From an uncultured delta proteobacterium (GTDB taxonomy: Bacteria; Desulfobacterota; Syntrophobacteria; Syntrophobacterales; Syntrophobacteraceae), in contig CAWAGW010000022.1 in assembly GCA_963781715.1 (NCBI GenBank), forward strand, positions 50,095 to 114,094: a stretch of 64,000 nucleotides of DNA, read 5' to 3'. Both the position numbers and the translations under genes were made by a program. Every line of letters starts with the position of its first letter. Within the stretch, counting starts at the first letter, position 1. Below are positions 1-9,560 of this stretch, piece by piece. The notes beneath the pieces are model-generated. The model did not search any database, was not told the DNA's origin, and was given only the letters and a program-made list of their open reading frames with translations.

Positions 1-424
1 TGCGTGGGCCAGCGCAACCGTCATATTGCCTCATTTGGCGCGTTTTTGGGGTGGTTTTAAGGAGACTCTCTACGCTTTTTGGATTATTGCTCTTTTTGTC
101 TTGATAAGAACAGCGCTGCTAGATCTGCTAGCGGTACAAGGGGATCGTTTGGTCGGTAAAGAGACTATCGTGGTTTTGCTGGGAGAAAACAAGACAACTT
201 ATTTTATTTCGGCGATCCTGGTGGTTCTTGCGGCCTCTCTTTTGATAGGACCGGTGAGCGGCCTTAGCACCAGATTTGCTTATTTGATGCTTCCCGGCGT
301 TGTTGCTTATGGCTGGTTTCTTCGAATGTGCTTTCAGAAACCCCTTAAAGAAGATCCAATTTTTGAGACGATGATTGAATCGGTCTTGATAGGTATCGGT
401 ATTGTGGCATTGTTATGGTCTTGA
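1..424 (+). CDS. 3' part of a UbiA-prenyltransferase-like membrane protein (starts before the window)
   Basis: Hydrophobic helices with LLDLLAVQGDRLVGKETIVVLLG, resembling the UbiA second Asp-rich motif. Confidence 0.55.
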   Translation, partial: AWASATVILPHLARFWGGFKETLYAFWIIALFVLIRTALLDLLAVQGDRLVGKETIVVLLGENKTTYFISAILVVLAASLLIGPVSGLSTRFAYLMLPGVVAYGWFLRMCFQKPLKEDPIFETMIESVLIGIGIVALLWS

Positions 425-576
425 TTTGATTCCTTTATTCACTCGTTCAGTGTACCCCGCTGCTTGAAATTCACTTCATCTTGAGTTGCGCTGCTAAGCG
501 GCTTCTGCTATCTTTCGATCACGAACCTTCGCTAGACACCATTTCGGACCTCACCTGCCATCATCGGAAGATTAAT

Positions 577-2661
577 ATGAAACTTTTGGGTCGACTGAAT
601 TTCCAGACCAAAATCATTCTAATTACCTTTGCAATGGTCTTGCTGGTAGTTTTGGCTGGTGCGATAGCCATTGACAGGGTGGTCCTGCCTGCTATGGGAA
701 GAGACGTTCAGGATGAGGCCTGGAGAATAGCAAACGGGATCATGGGACAAGTTCATGAAGTGATGGGCGAAGATCGGAAATCTCTTCCTGAATCCCAATT
801 AAGGTCTCATCTTTCTCTAATTTTTCAGGTGCGCGCTAAGTTGCTTTACTTGGAGTTGATGGGTAAGAATGGGAAACCTATTTACTGGATGGGTGATGAA
901 AAGTACCGGCAGGGGGGGAAAATAAGTCTGCTTGAAGAGAAGGAAGCCGGCAAGCTTTTCATAAGGTGGCTGGTGCCTAATCCACCGATTTATGAAGTGG
1001 TATTGTCGGAAAAGGCTGAAAAAATGTTTCCTGCCTTGTCCGCGTTGCGAGTTGGAGTCAGTGCTCGATCAGTGCAAAGGCTCAGTCGGCAGTTGTTCAA
1101 AGTTTTGTTTGTTGTGACGCTTTTCATGCTGGTCATCAGCTTCTTTCTGATTCGATGGTTCTCAGACATGATTACCCGCCCTGTCGGTCGACTCCTAAGG
1201 ATGACCAATCTTCTCGCGAAAGGCCAGTTGGAGGATGCTATAAAAGAAGTGGAACGGGCACCGCCCTGCCTGCAAAGAGTGCAAAGTCAAGGAACCAAGT
1301 TCATGCGGAGGAGCAATATTCCGGTATCCTGCCCCGTGTTAGGTCCCTCGATCCTGCAGCGATCTTCCACCGCACCGCGGAGAGACTTTGAGGCTCCTTG
1401 TGATCTATGCGAAGCATACCTACACCCAAGCGGAGATGAACTGAGCAAACTTCTGCTGGCTTTTCACTTTATGGCCGTGAATCTCAAAGCTTATCAGGAA
1501 GAGTTGCAGCAACGCTATGAATTTGAAGAACGTCTTTGCGAGGCCTGTCCTGACGGAATAATGGCCAACGATAGGGAAGGCAAAATCATACTGTACAATG
1601 AAGGCGCGCAACGCCTCATTGGCTATGATCCAGCCGAAGTGCTCAATAAGTTGCCGGTGCACGAAATTTATCCGCCGGGCGAACCACATAAGATCAAAAA
1701 GGCTCTTTTGATCGACGATTATGGTGGTCCCGGAGTGTTGCTTGATTACACTACCGAATTGATTCGCAAGGACGGATCACGTATTCAGATCCGCCTTTCA
1801 GCAACGATCCTCTATGATGGTCAGCAAGAAATTGCCGTAGTTGGCTACTTTCATGACCTCACAGAGTTACATGAGCATATGCATGCGCTGGTATTCACAA
1901 ACGAACGCCTAAATAAAGCTAACAGGCAATTAGCGCGACTGAACCACCGCTATCTGGAAATGTTGGGATTTGTTACACATGAACTCAAGTCTCCCATTGC
2001 CAACAGCTATATGAGTGCCAATGCTCTTCGGCAGGAAATTTTCGGTTCTCTTGCCCCCGAGCAGTCGATCATGGTTGAAGCAATCTGCAGAAATCTTGAC
2101 CAGTCAATGGAAATGATCAGGCATTATCTGGACTTGTCACGAATCGAAAAGGATGAAATGCAGGTCAATCCTCAACCGACTAAAGTATTAGCTGAGGTGA
2201 TAGATCCTGTCATAAAGGGTCTGGCCAGTGCCATTTTAGAGCGTAGCGTTGTATTGACCACACAGGTGCCTGAGGATTTGCAATGGACGCTTGATCCCGA
2301 GTTGTTTCGTGGTGTAGTTACTAATCTTCTGAATAATGCTCTGAAATATGGCGAGAAATCGGGCAGCATTCGTATTTCCGCCAACGATCTTGGTGACCGC
2401 ATGCGTTTGGAAGTGTGGAACAGCGGCCCCGGCATCAGCGAGGACGACCAGAGTAAACTCTTTCAGAAGTTTCAGCGCTTGCAATCGTCTCGGCAGTCTT
2501 CGGTTCGAGGCACCGGCCTGGGATTGTTCATCACCAAAACTGTTGTGGAAAGACATGGGGGAAAGATCTGGGTGGAAAGCCAGGAAGGGCAGTGGGCCGA
2601 GTTCATAATAGAACTGCCCAAAGAGACTGCGCGACAAACAAACCAAAATTCAACAGGGTGA
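577..2661 (+). CDS. Membrane sensor histidine kinase (2 TM, HAMP with Cys-rich insert, PAS, HisKA, HATPase)
   Basis: H-box VTHELKSPI, N-box NLLNNALKY, G-boxes NSGPGI and GTGLGL, PAS PDGIMANDREGKIILYNEGA; likely start ATG 577. Confidence 0.92.
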   Translation: MKLLGRLNFQTKIILITFAMVLLVVLAGAIAIDRVVLPAMGRDVQDEAWRIANGIMGQVHEVMGEDRKSLPESQLRSHLSLIFQVRAKLLYLELMGKNGKPIYWMGDEKYRQGGKISLLEEKEAGKLFIRWLVPNPPIYEVVLSEKAEKMFPALSALRVGVSARSVQRLSRQLFKVLFVVTLFMLVISFFLIRWFSDMITRPVGRLLRMTNLLAKGQLEDAIKEVERAPPCLQRVQSQGTKFMRRSNIPVSCPVLGPSILQRSSTAPRRDFEAPCDLCEAYLHPSGDELSKLLLAFHFMAVNLKAYQEELQQRYEFEERLCEACPDGIMANDREGKIILYNEGAQRLIGYDPAEVLNKLPVHEIYPPGEPHKIKKALLIDDYGGPGVLLDYTTELIRKDGSRIQIRLSATILYDGQQEIAVVGYFHDLTELHEHMHALVFTNERLNKANRQLARLNHRYLEMLGFVTHELKSPIANSYMSANALRQEIFGSLAPEQSIMVEAICRNLDQSMEMIRHYLDLSRIEKDEMQVNPQPTKVLAEVIDPVIKGLASAILERSVVLTTQVPEDLQWTLDPELFRGVVTNLLNNALKYGEKSGSIRISANDLGDRMRLEVWNSGPGISEDDQSKLFQKFQRLQSSRQSSVRGTGLGLFITKTVVERHGGKIWVESQEGQWAEFIIELPKETARQTNQNSTG

Positions 2662-2843
2662 TGCAAGAGGATATTTTGACCCTGAGTCCTCTAATAAGGG
2701 CCGCTGTGCAAGACAATGTTGGTAATCTTCACGTCAGGCTTAACCGTCTTGTTTAAGCAGTAGGTGCTAGAAATGTGAGGAATGTTCTCTCAGATTATTG
2801 GTGGAGTCCAAGAATCCAAACCCTATGAGAGGAGGTATGATGA

Positions 2844-3239
2844 ATGGTCCAAGATAAAATTTTACTTATTGATGATGATCCGAGCTTTTTAGAGATCACT
2901 GGCGCTATTTTGAGGCGTTTTGGGTATGAGGTTTTGTCGGCTAACAACACCGCCGATGGACTGAAATACATTGAAACCGAAAAACCAGATCTATTAATTC
3001 TTGATATCATGATGGCCACCATCGACGAAGGTCTGCAGTTTGCTGTAAAGCTAAGGCAAAATGAGGAATTGCATCGCCTGCCGATCATTATTGTTTCTGC
3101 CCAACCAGACACCGAAAAAGGTTATGCTCGCAGCCTGGAGGAGGACATGGATTGGATTGCGGCCGACATCTTTATGGAAAAACCGGTTGATCCTCAAGCA
3201 CTGAAACACAACATAGAGCTCCTCTTGAAAAAGAGTTGA
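2844..3239 (+). CDS. Single-domain response regulator (receiver)
   Basis: ILLIDDD, DLLILDIMM, FMEKPV; RBS GGAGG. Confidence 0.92.
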   Translation: MVQDKILLIDDDPSFLEITGAILRRFGYEVLSANNTADGLKYIETEKPDLLILDIMMATIDEGLQFAVKLRQNEELHRLPIIIVSAQPDTEKGYARSLEEDMDWIAADIFMEKPVDPQALKHNIELLLKKS

Positions 3240-3423
3240 TTTATCGGGATTTGTTCTTGCTGAGCGTTGCACTCCTCCTCCAGAATTGGCCTCCCGCTAA
3301 TTTTTCGAGCGGTGCTGAATCGTTCTGAATATCTTACCGCTGTCATTCTGCTGTCTTGCGGCTTTTCGGACCCCGAGAGGACTAATGACAAATCACAAAA
3401 AATGTAAAATTTGGAGGAAATGA

Positions 3424-6400
3424 ATGAATAATATGCTTAAAATTCGCATAGATGGCAAGGCGGTGGAAGCTCCAGCCGGGAGCACTATTTTGGATGTTGC
3501 AAAACGGGAAGGTATTTACATTCCCACCTTATGCCATACTCCTTTACTACGTCCTTTGGAAAACTGCCGTTTATGTGTGGTCAAAGTTGCCGGTGAGAAG
3601 AAGTATAAAGCTGCATGCAGTACTCCGGTAACGGAGGGAATGGACATCACAACGCAAGGGGAAGACTTGCAGCAGACTCGAAAGTTTCTTCTGGAACTGC
3701 TGCTCGACACCCATTACGGGGATTGCGTCGCGCCATGTTCTGTCAGGTGTCCCGCCAATGTAGACATTCAGGGTTACCTCGCACACATACGCCACGGTGA
3801 ATATAGCGAAGCTGTGAGGCTTATCAAAGAAAAGATCCCTATGCCCGCAACCATCGGTAGAGTTTGCCCGCATCCTTGTGAGACCGTTTGTAGACGGCAC
3901 CTGGTGGATGAGCCGATCGGCATTAACCTTTGTAAGCGATTCGTGGCGGACTACGAGTATAAATCGGGGAAAAGAATTATGCCCGAAATGCCCCCGCTCA
4001 CTAGCCATCGAGTTGCCATCATAGGGGGAGGGCCCGCCGGTTTGAGCACAGCATATTATCTGCGAACACTCGGGCATACCAGCACAATTTTTGAAGCCCG
4101 CGATAAATTGGGGGGGATGTTAAGATACGGCATACCCGAGTACAGGCTCCCCAAGAAGGTCCTCGATTGGGAAATTGACGGAATTCTTAAGCTGGGTATT
4201 GGGGCGAAAACAGGGGTCCGATGGGGGCGGGACTTCACTCTCGATGACCTCAAAAAGGAAGGCTTCGATGCCATATTCCTGGCGGTTGGAGCCTGGGCAT
4301 GTCGCAAACTTGGTATTGTCGGCGAAGATTTAGAAGGAGTGGTGCCGGGAGTAGATTTCTTGGAACAGATCGGATCCGGCGGCGGATCGAAAGTTGGTAA
4401 GAAAGTTGCCATCATAGGCGGTGGAAATGTAGCTATCGATGCTGCCCGTTCCTCCTTGCGCCTGGGTGCAGAACAGGTCACAATACTGTATCGACGTTCG
4501 CGCAACGAAATGCCTGCGAGCCACGAGGAGGTGGAAGCAGCGCAAAAAGAAGGCGTTGATATCCATTTCCTGGTAGCTCCAACGCATCTCTATGGTGACA
4601 ATGGAACAATCAATAGAGTGGAGTTCATACGGATGGAGCTCGGAGAACCGGATGCCAGTGGCAGAAGACGTCCGGTGCCTGTTGAGGGCTCAGAAGTGAC
4701 AATGGAAGTAGATCAGGTCATTAGTGCCATTGGACAGTCCCCGGATGTGCCAATGCCGGACATGGATGCGGCGGTTTCCAATCTGCCTATGACCCGCTGG
4801 AGTACCTTCGGTGGCGATCCCAGGAGCATGCATACGGGATACGAAATGGTTTTTGTCGGAGGAGACGTTTTTCGTGGCCCGGATACCGTCGTCGCCGCCC
4901 TGGCCGATGGTCGCAAGGCAGCGTACTCCTTGGATCGCTACTTTCGCGCGGGCGAAGTTCAACCCGAGCCACTTCACTTCAACATCAGCAAGGGAGAGTT
5001 GGAGACAATCGATCGAGAGCCGTTCAGTGTTCTTAGGACAGCGTCCCGTGAATCGATGGCGGAACTGGAGAGCCAAAAACGCATCAACAACTTCCTGGAA
5101 GTGGAACTTGGTTTAACTGAGGAGCAGGCTCGCAGAGAAGCGGCCAGATGTTTAGTGTGCGGATGCTCTGCCGCGTTCGACTGCAGGCTGCGGGAAATGA
5201 TGAACGAATTTCAGGTCGACTGGCGCGATCAACCCAGCAAGAAAATTCACCATCAGCGTGTGGCCGCCGTGGATTTCCATCCCAACATTGCTCTCGATCC
5301 GAACAAATGTATTCGCTGTGAGCGTTGCTATGTGGCCTGCTCCGATTACCAAGTGTCCCATGCAATTGATTTTAAGGACTGGCCGCGGTTCAACGACCAC
5401 TGCGTTCACTGCGGGCTTTGCGTAGACCTTTGCCCCACTGGCGCCCTAATGGAAAAACGCGAAGGCCGTCCCATAGAGCGTCTTGATTGGCAAACTACGA
5501 CGACTCATTGCATTCACTGTGGCTGCGGATGCCAACTGAACCTCAAACTTAAGGGCGAAAGGCAGGTATGGATCAGCGATGCTTCGATGGTGCCGCCAAA
5601 TTGGGCATCCACTTGCAGTCGGGGTCGATTCCAGATTTATGACTCGCTTTGGTTTGGAGAGCGGATTTTGCAGCCGATGGTTCGCCAGAAAGGCCGCTTT
5701 AAGGAGATGACTTGGCCCAAAGCAATCAAATCGTTGCTCGATGGACTGCGTAAGGTACAGGACCAGTATGGCTCTAAGGCATTGGGGGCCTTGGGGTCAC
5801 CCCGGGCAACTAGCGAATCTCTCTACTTGTTACAGAAATGGATGCGGGCGGGCTGGCAAAGTAATGGCATCGACTTTCCGGGGCGCAAGGTTCGCGAAAA
5901 ACTCTGGCGCCTCATACAAGAATACAAGGATCGCCAGGGGGTTATTCAGGAGTTGGCTGGGCTGGAAAAGGTACCTGCTATCTTTGTCTGTGGTGACAAC
6001 ATTGAGGACTCGGCACCAGTTGTGGCCACCATGATCCGAAGAGCGGCAAGGAACCGGAAGGTTCCTGTGTTGCAGATAGCCAGTCGCCCGGACTCTTTGT
6101 CGCCGTTTGCGTCCGTTGCAGTGCATACGTCGCCCGATTTTTGGCAGAAAATGCTGCAGGCATTGCAGGAGACCGCGATGGGGAAAAGCGCGGCCTTCAA
6201 TCCCGGCGAGGCTGGTATTGCCAAGGAACAGTGGAAAGATCTGGTGAAGGCGTTCTTGGAATCTCCCTCAATGGCCGTCGTATTTTCTGAAGATCTTTTG
6301 GGCTCTGAAGAGACTGCCGATGTGGTGGAGACTTTGTTCCAACTTGCTCTGGATTCCGGCCGAACGAGTGAGGCAGAAGGGGCAGGTATTTATCCCATCA

Positions 6401-6945
6401 CCTCTGAAATCAATTCCACGGGCGCTCTGCTCATGGGGGTTACCCCGGCCTTTCTGCCCGGATTTAGGGCTGCTTCAGATGAAAGCAACCGGAAGGTATT
6501 CAAAGATGCCTGGCAGGTAGACGAACTGCCCAATCAACCGTCGTCCGACCTTGCAAAGGCATTGGAAGCAGGACAAATAAAAGGCTTGGTGGTGCAAGAT
6601 GCCGCCGGGCTTTGGAAGCGGGACCAGGAACGTTGGCAGAGCCTAATGAGTAATCTGGAAGTCCTGGTGCTGTTGGAGAGTGTGCCCAGTCCTGCCATGG
6701 AATTGGCAAATGTGGTTTTGCCGGTAGCTGCCTACGGTGAGCAGGTCGGCTCGGTGATCAATCTAGAAGGACGGCTTCTCTATTTGTCAAAAGTCTTCTC
6801 ATCTGAAGGTAAATCAATGGCAGATTGGGAAATCATAAAACAAATCATGGCAACCCAAGGGATATCGTTCCCTAGAGACATGGCTGCCATTCATGATGAA
6901 ATCAAAACTCTGGTGCCGCATTTAAAGGACTGTGAATGGGATTAA
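3424..6945 (+). CDS. Large Fe-S flavoprotein: 2Fe-2S + GltD-like FAD/NAD(P)H module + ferredoxin + degenerate molybdopterin-oxidoreductase (NuoG/FdhA-like) scaffold
   Basis: IPTLCH..CRLC; GGGPAG and GGGNVA dinucleotide motifs; CIRCERCYVAC, CVHCGLCVDLCP; TTHCIHCGCGC..CSRG; RBS GGAGG. Confidence 0.85.
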   Translation: MNNMLKIRIDGKAVEAPAGSTILDVAKREGIYIPTLCHTPLLRPLENCRLCVVKVAGEKKYKAACSTPVTEGMDITTQGEDLQQTRKFLLELLLDTHYGDCVAPCSVRCPANVDIQGYLAHIRHGEYSEAVRLIKEKIPMPATIGRVCPHPCETVCRRHLVDEPIGINLCKRFVADYEYKSGKRIMPEMPPLTSHRVAIIGGGPAGLSTAYYLRTLGHTSTIFEARDKLGGMLRYGIPEYRLPKKVLDWEIDGILKLGIGAKTGVRWGRDFTLDDLKKEGFDAIFLAVGAWACRKLGIVGEDLEGVVPGVDFLEQIGSGGGSKVGKKVAIIGGGNVAIDAARSSLRLGAEQVTILYRRSRNEMPASHEEVEAAQKEGVDIHFLVAPTHLYGDNGTINRVEFIRMELGEPDASGRRRPVPVEGSEVTMEVDQVISAIGQSPDVPMPDMDAAVSNLPMTRWSTFGGDPRSMHTGYEMVFVGGDVFRGPDTVVAALADGRKAAYSLDRYFRAGEVQPEPLHFNISKGELETIDREPFSVLRTASRESMAELESQKRINNFLEVELGLTEEQARREAARCLVCGCSAAFDCRLREMMNEFQVDWRDQPSKKIHHQRVAAVDFHPNIALDPNKCIRCERCYVACSDYQVSHAIDFKDWPRFNDHCVHCGLCVDLCPTGALMEKREGRPIERLDWQTTTTHCIHCGCGCQLNLKLKGERQVWISDASMVPPNWASTCSRGRFQIYDSLWFGERILQPMVRQKGRFKEMTWPKAIKSLLDGLRKVQDQYGSKALGALGSPRATSESLYLLQKWMRAGWQSNGIDFPGRKVREKLWRLIQEYKDRQGVIQELAGLEKVPAIFVCGDNIEDSAPVVATMIRRAARNRKVPVLQIASRPDSLSPFASVAVHTSPDFWQKMLQALQETAMGKSAAFNPGEAGIAKEQWKDLVKAFLESPSMAVVFSEDLLGSEETADVVETLFQLALDSGRTSEAEGAGIYPITSEINSTGALLMGVTPAFLPGFRAASDESNRKVFKDAWQVDELPNQPSSDLAKALEAGQIKGLVVQDAAGLWKRDQERWQSLMSNLEVLVLLESVPSPAMELANVVLPVAAYGEQVGSVINLEGRLLYLSKVFSSEGKSMADWEIIKQIMATQGISFPRDMAAIHDEIKTLVPHLKDCEWD

Positions 6946-6993
6946 ATCGGCCGGGAGAAAACAAGGATAGTATTCTCGCAGGTTGTCGCATTA

Positions 6994-7035
6994 CCCCCTC
7001 TCTTTAAAATGGGAGGGGGAGTTCGGTGAGGGTTT
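6994..7035. repeat. BoxC-like intergenic palindrome (CCCTCTC..GGGAG..GGTGAGGG family); similar copy at 34783-34820
   Basis: ccccctctctttaaaatgggagggggagttcggtgaggg versus cctctcccctcgagggagagaggttaggtgaggggg. Confidence 0.55.
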
Positions 7036-7092
7036 AAGTGCTGTGGATCCCCCCAGCTAATACTACAACGAGAGATCGAGACTCTTGCTCCT

Positions 7093-7190
7093 CGTCATTC
7101 CGAGCAGAGCGAGGAATCTTCACGGCTGTCGATAATCACCAAAGATTTCTCGCTTCGTTCGAAATGGCGAAAATGGCATTTTCGGACAAT
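7093..7190. repeat. REP/MITE-like palindrome, GTCATT..AATGAC family, with a TTTTCGGACA end
   Basis: cgtcattccgagc..gaggaatct / agatttctcgcttcgttcgaaatggc; relatives at 29677-29811, 57647-57727 and 58435-58522. Confidence 0.7.
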
Positions 7191-7250
7191 CCCCTAACCT
7201 GCTACATTAACTCCTAAATTTGGCGATTCTTATTCATGTGAAGCTACAAT

Positions 7251-7279
7251 CGTCATTCCTGCGAAAGCAGGAATCCAGG
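7251..7279. repeat. dRS3/RPE-like palindrome CGTCATTCCTGCGAAAGCAGGAATCCAG
   Basis: ATTCCTGC-GAAA-GCAGGAAT hairpin with a CGTC tail. Confidence 0.65.
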
Positions 7280-7336
7280 AAAGTAAATTCAGCCAATAGA
7301 TAGCGGCTGCATAGAGGAACAGCTTCTCATTTCACC

Positions 7337-8200
7337 ATGATCAGTGTCATAATTCCTACCCACAATCGCGCATGCCTTGTTAAAGAAGCGGTAGATTCGG
7401 TTCTCTCACAAATGCTTCCCGATATCGAAATCGAATTGATCGTGGTGGATGACGGCTCCGAGGATAACACCCAGGCCATCCTCAAATCATATGGAGCGTC
7501 GGTAAAATATTTCTACCGGTCGCATGCAGGAGTGAGTGCCGCTCGCAATGCAGGAATCGAATTAGCCACCGGTGAATGGTTGGCCTTTTTGGATTCAGAT
7601 GATTTCTGGCTGCCGGGAAAAATTCAAACACAACTTGATTTTCTTCGCCTTGAACCGCATATAAGAATCTGCCAGACGGAAGAACTTTGGATCAAAAACG
7701 GGGTTCGACTAAATCCGAAAGGATACCACAAAAAACCTTCGGGCTATTGCTTCCCTGCACTTTTGGAGCGCTGTCTGATCAGTCCCTCGGCAGTGATGAT
7801 TCATCGCAGCCTTTTTGATGAAGTCGGTCTTTTTGATGAAACCATGCCGGCCTGTGAAGACTACGATTTGTGGCTGCGCATTGGCTGTAGACATCCCATC
7901 GGGCTGGTAGAACGACCGCTGATTGTAAAAAGGGGCGGACACGCCGATCAGCTCTCTACCTCTGTCTCAGCTCTCGATAAATATCGCATTGCAGCCATTA
8001 CCAAGCTGCTGCGCACGGAAGCGCTAGATTGTCGACAGCAGGCACTGGCCCTGCACATGCTGGCAAAGAAGTGCAGAATTTTCGGTGCCGGTTGTTTAAA
8101 ACGAGGCAGAACAGAGGAAGGAGAACGGATTCTTTCTCTGCCAAGCCTGCTGGCTCGGGAAATTAACTTAGTGATCGAGGATTCAAACGAACCTTGGTGA
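7337..8200 (+). CDS. Family 2 glycosyltransferase
   Basis: ISVIIPTHNR, VVDDGSED, AFLDSDD, EDYDLWLR. Confidence 0.93.
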   Translation: MISVIIPTHNRACLVKEAVDSVLSQMLPDIEIELIVVDDGSEDNTQAILKSYGASVKYFYRSHAGVSAARNAGIELATGEWLAFLDSDDFWLPGKIQTQLDFLRLEPHIRICQTEELWIKNGVRLNPKGYHKKPSGYCFPALLERCLISPSAVMIHRSLFDEVGLFDETMPACEDYDLWLRIGCRHPIGLVERPLIVKRGGHADQLSTSVSALDKYRIAAITKLLRTEALDCRQQALALHMLAKKCRIFGAGCLKRGRTEEGERILSLPSLLAREINLVIEDSNEPW

Positions 8201-8267
8201 GGGGCCTGATGCAAATTGGGCGTACAATTCATACCCATGAAGGAAGGACCCTACTGGCTCGCAGGGG

Positions 8268-9560
8268 TTATCTATCCTTAACCGGGGTCTTAGCTGAGGC
8301 GATATTCAAGCGTTTAACACCGCTTTCTTTCCACTCGGCGGCGACAAAACGCCCATCTCGGTAAGTCCTTACCTGCAATGGACACCGGGTCTTCCCTTCC
8401 GAATCGAAGTAGACCGGTCCCGCGAGGCCTCTGTAAGCATGCACTGGGCTATTGTAGCTAAGAAAGAAATCGCGAACGCTCGAGCGTCTTACGGGTCCTT
8501 TTTGAATCAGCATTCCCAGCCAGTTCATTGCATCATAACCTAATACTGCCAGCCGTTCAGGCTCGCGCCAATAATGTTCGCGAAATTTCTTGGTGAACTC
8601 ATTTGCTGCAGTATCATCCTCATCGTTCACTAGAGTGGATCGCATGACATAGAGCCTGCCCAAATAATCTCCCAGCAGGTCCTCAATGAAGAGTCCTCCG
8701 TAGCTGCGAGGGGCAAGAAATCGCCCATCATAGCCCTTCTCTTCCAACGCGCTGATGATTTTGACTCCCCAGAAAGGAGAACCGGCCAACCAGATAACCG
8801 GGGGCTTTACCTCCAGTATTTGGTTGATTGTAGAGTCCAGAGAGAATTCATCCGCATCAGTGGCAAATTCAGTTGTTGCAAGCTGAACTTCCTGAGCCTT
8901 CTGCAAAAAAGGCTCATAGAGCAGTTCGCCGTATGTGGACGAATCGTGAACTACTGCAACGGTGCTTTTCCCTGCCCAGCTCTTCGCAACCGTTGCTGCA
9001 TAAGCCCCTTCCTCCTCATCCAGACAAACCAGGGGCAATAGCGATTCATATTGCGCCAATTGTTGGTGCGAGTTGGCAGGCAATATCGCGAGCATGTTTT
9101 CTCTTTCCCAAAAAGGAGCAACCTCCACCAGGGTAGTGGTAGGCAAATGGGCAATAATGGCAACTAGATCAGGATTGCGGACCATTTCTTCGGCCAGCCT
9201 CAAAGTATCGCGAGAGGTCTGGCCGGCGTCTCTGACGACCAGTTGCCCCCGCGCACCCTTTTGCTGAAGCTCTTTCCATGCCAGCTCAATTCCATCGCGC
9301 AGCATTTCAGCGTCTTTCTGAAAGGGGCCGGATAAAGGTAGGAGTACGCCAATACGAGGATCACTAATTGCCGGTTCGTCTTTGACCATTTTTTCGGATT
9401 CGGGATTTTTGATCGGCTCGGTAGAATCCTTGCCTCTAAACCATAAAAAGCAGCTGCCAGCGATCAAAGCCGTGAAGGTAACCAAAACGATCAGGATCCC
9501 GGGTTTTATTCGGCGCTTTTTCCGGGGATGCCTAGGGTTGCTCGATAGACTAATTTTCAC
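8268..9560 (-). CDS. Membrane-anchored Leu/Ile/Val-binding-fold periplasmic protein
   Basis: N-terminal TM helix; IGVLLPLSG, STYG, LGYDAM, GLAGPVYFD. Confidence 0.8.
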   Translation of the reverse strand: MKISLSSNPRHPRKKRRIKPGILIVLVTFTALIAGSCFLWFRGKDSTEPIKNPESEKMVKDEPAISDPRIGVLLPLSGPFQKDAEMLRDGIELAWKELQQKGARGQLVVRDAGQTSRDTLRLAEEMVRNPDLVAIIAHLPTTTLVEVAPFWERENMLAILPANSHQQLAQYESLLPLVCLDEEEGAYAATVAKSWAGKSTVAVVHDSSTYGELLYEPFLQKAQEVQLATTEFATDADEFSLDSTINQILEVKPPVIWLAGSPFWGVKIISALEEKGYDGRFLAPRSYGGLFIEDLLGDYLGRLYVMRSTLVNDEDDTAANEFTKKFREHYWREPERLAVLGYDAMNWLGMLIQKGPVRRSSVRDFFLSYNSPVHAYRGLAGPVYFDSEGKTRCPLQVRTYRDGRFVAAEWKESGVKRLNIASAKTPVKDR

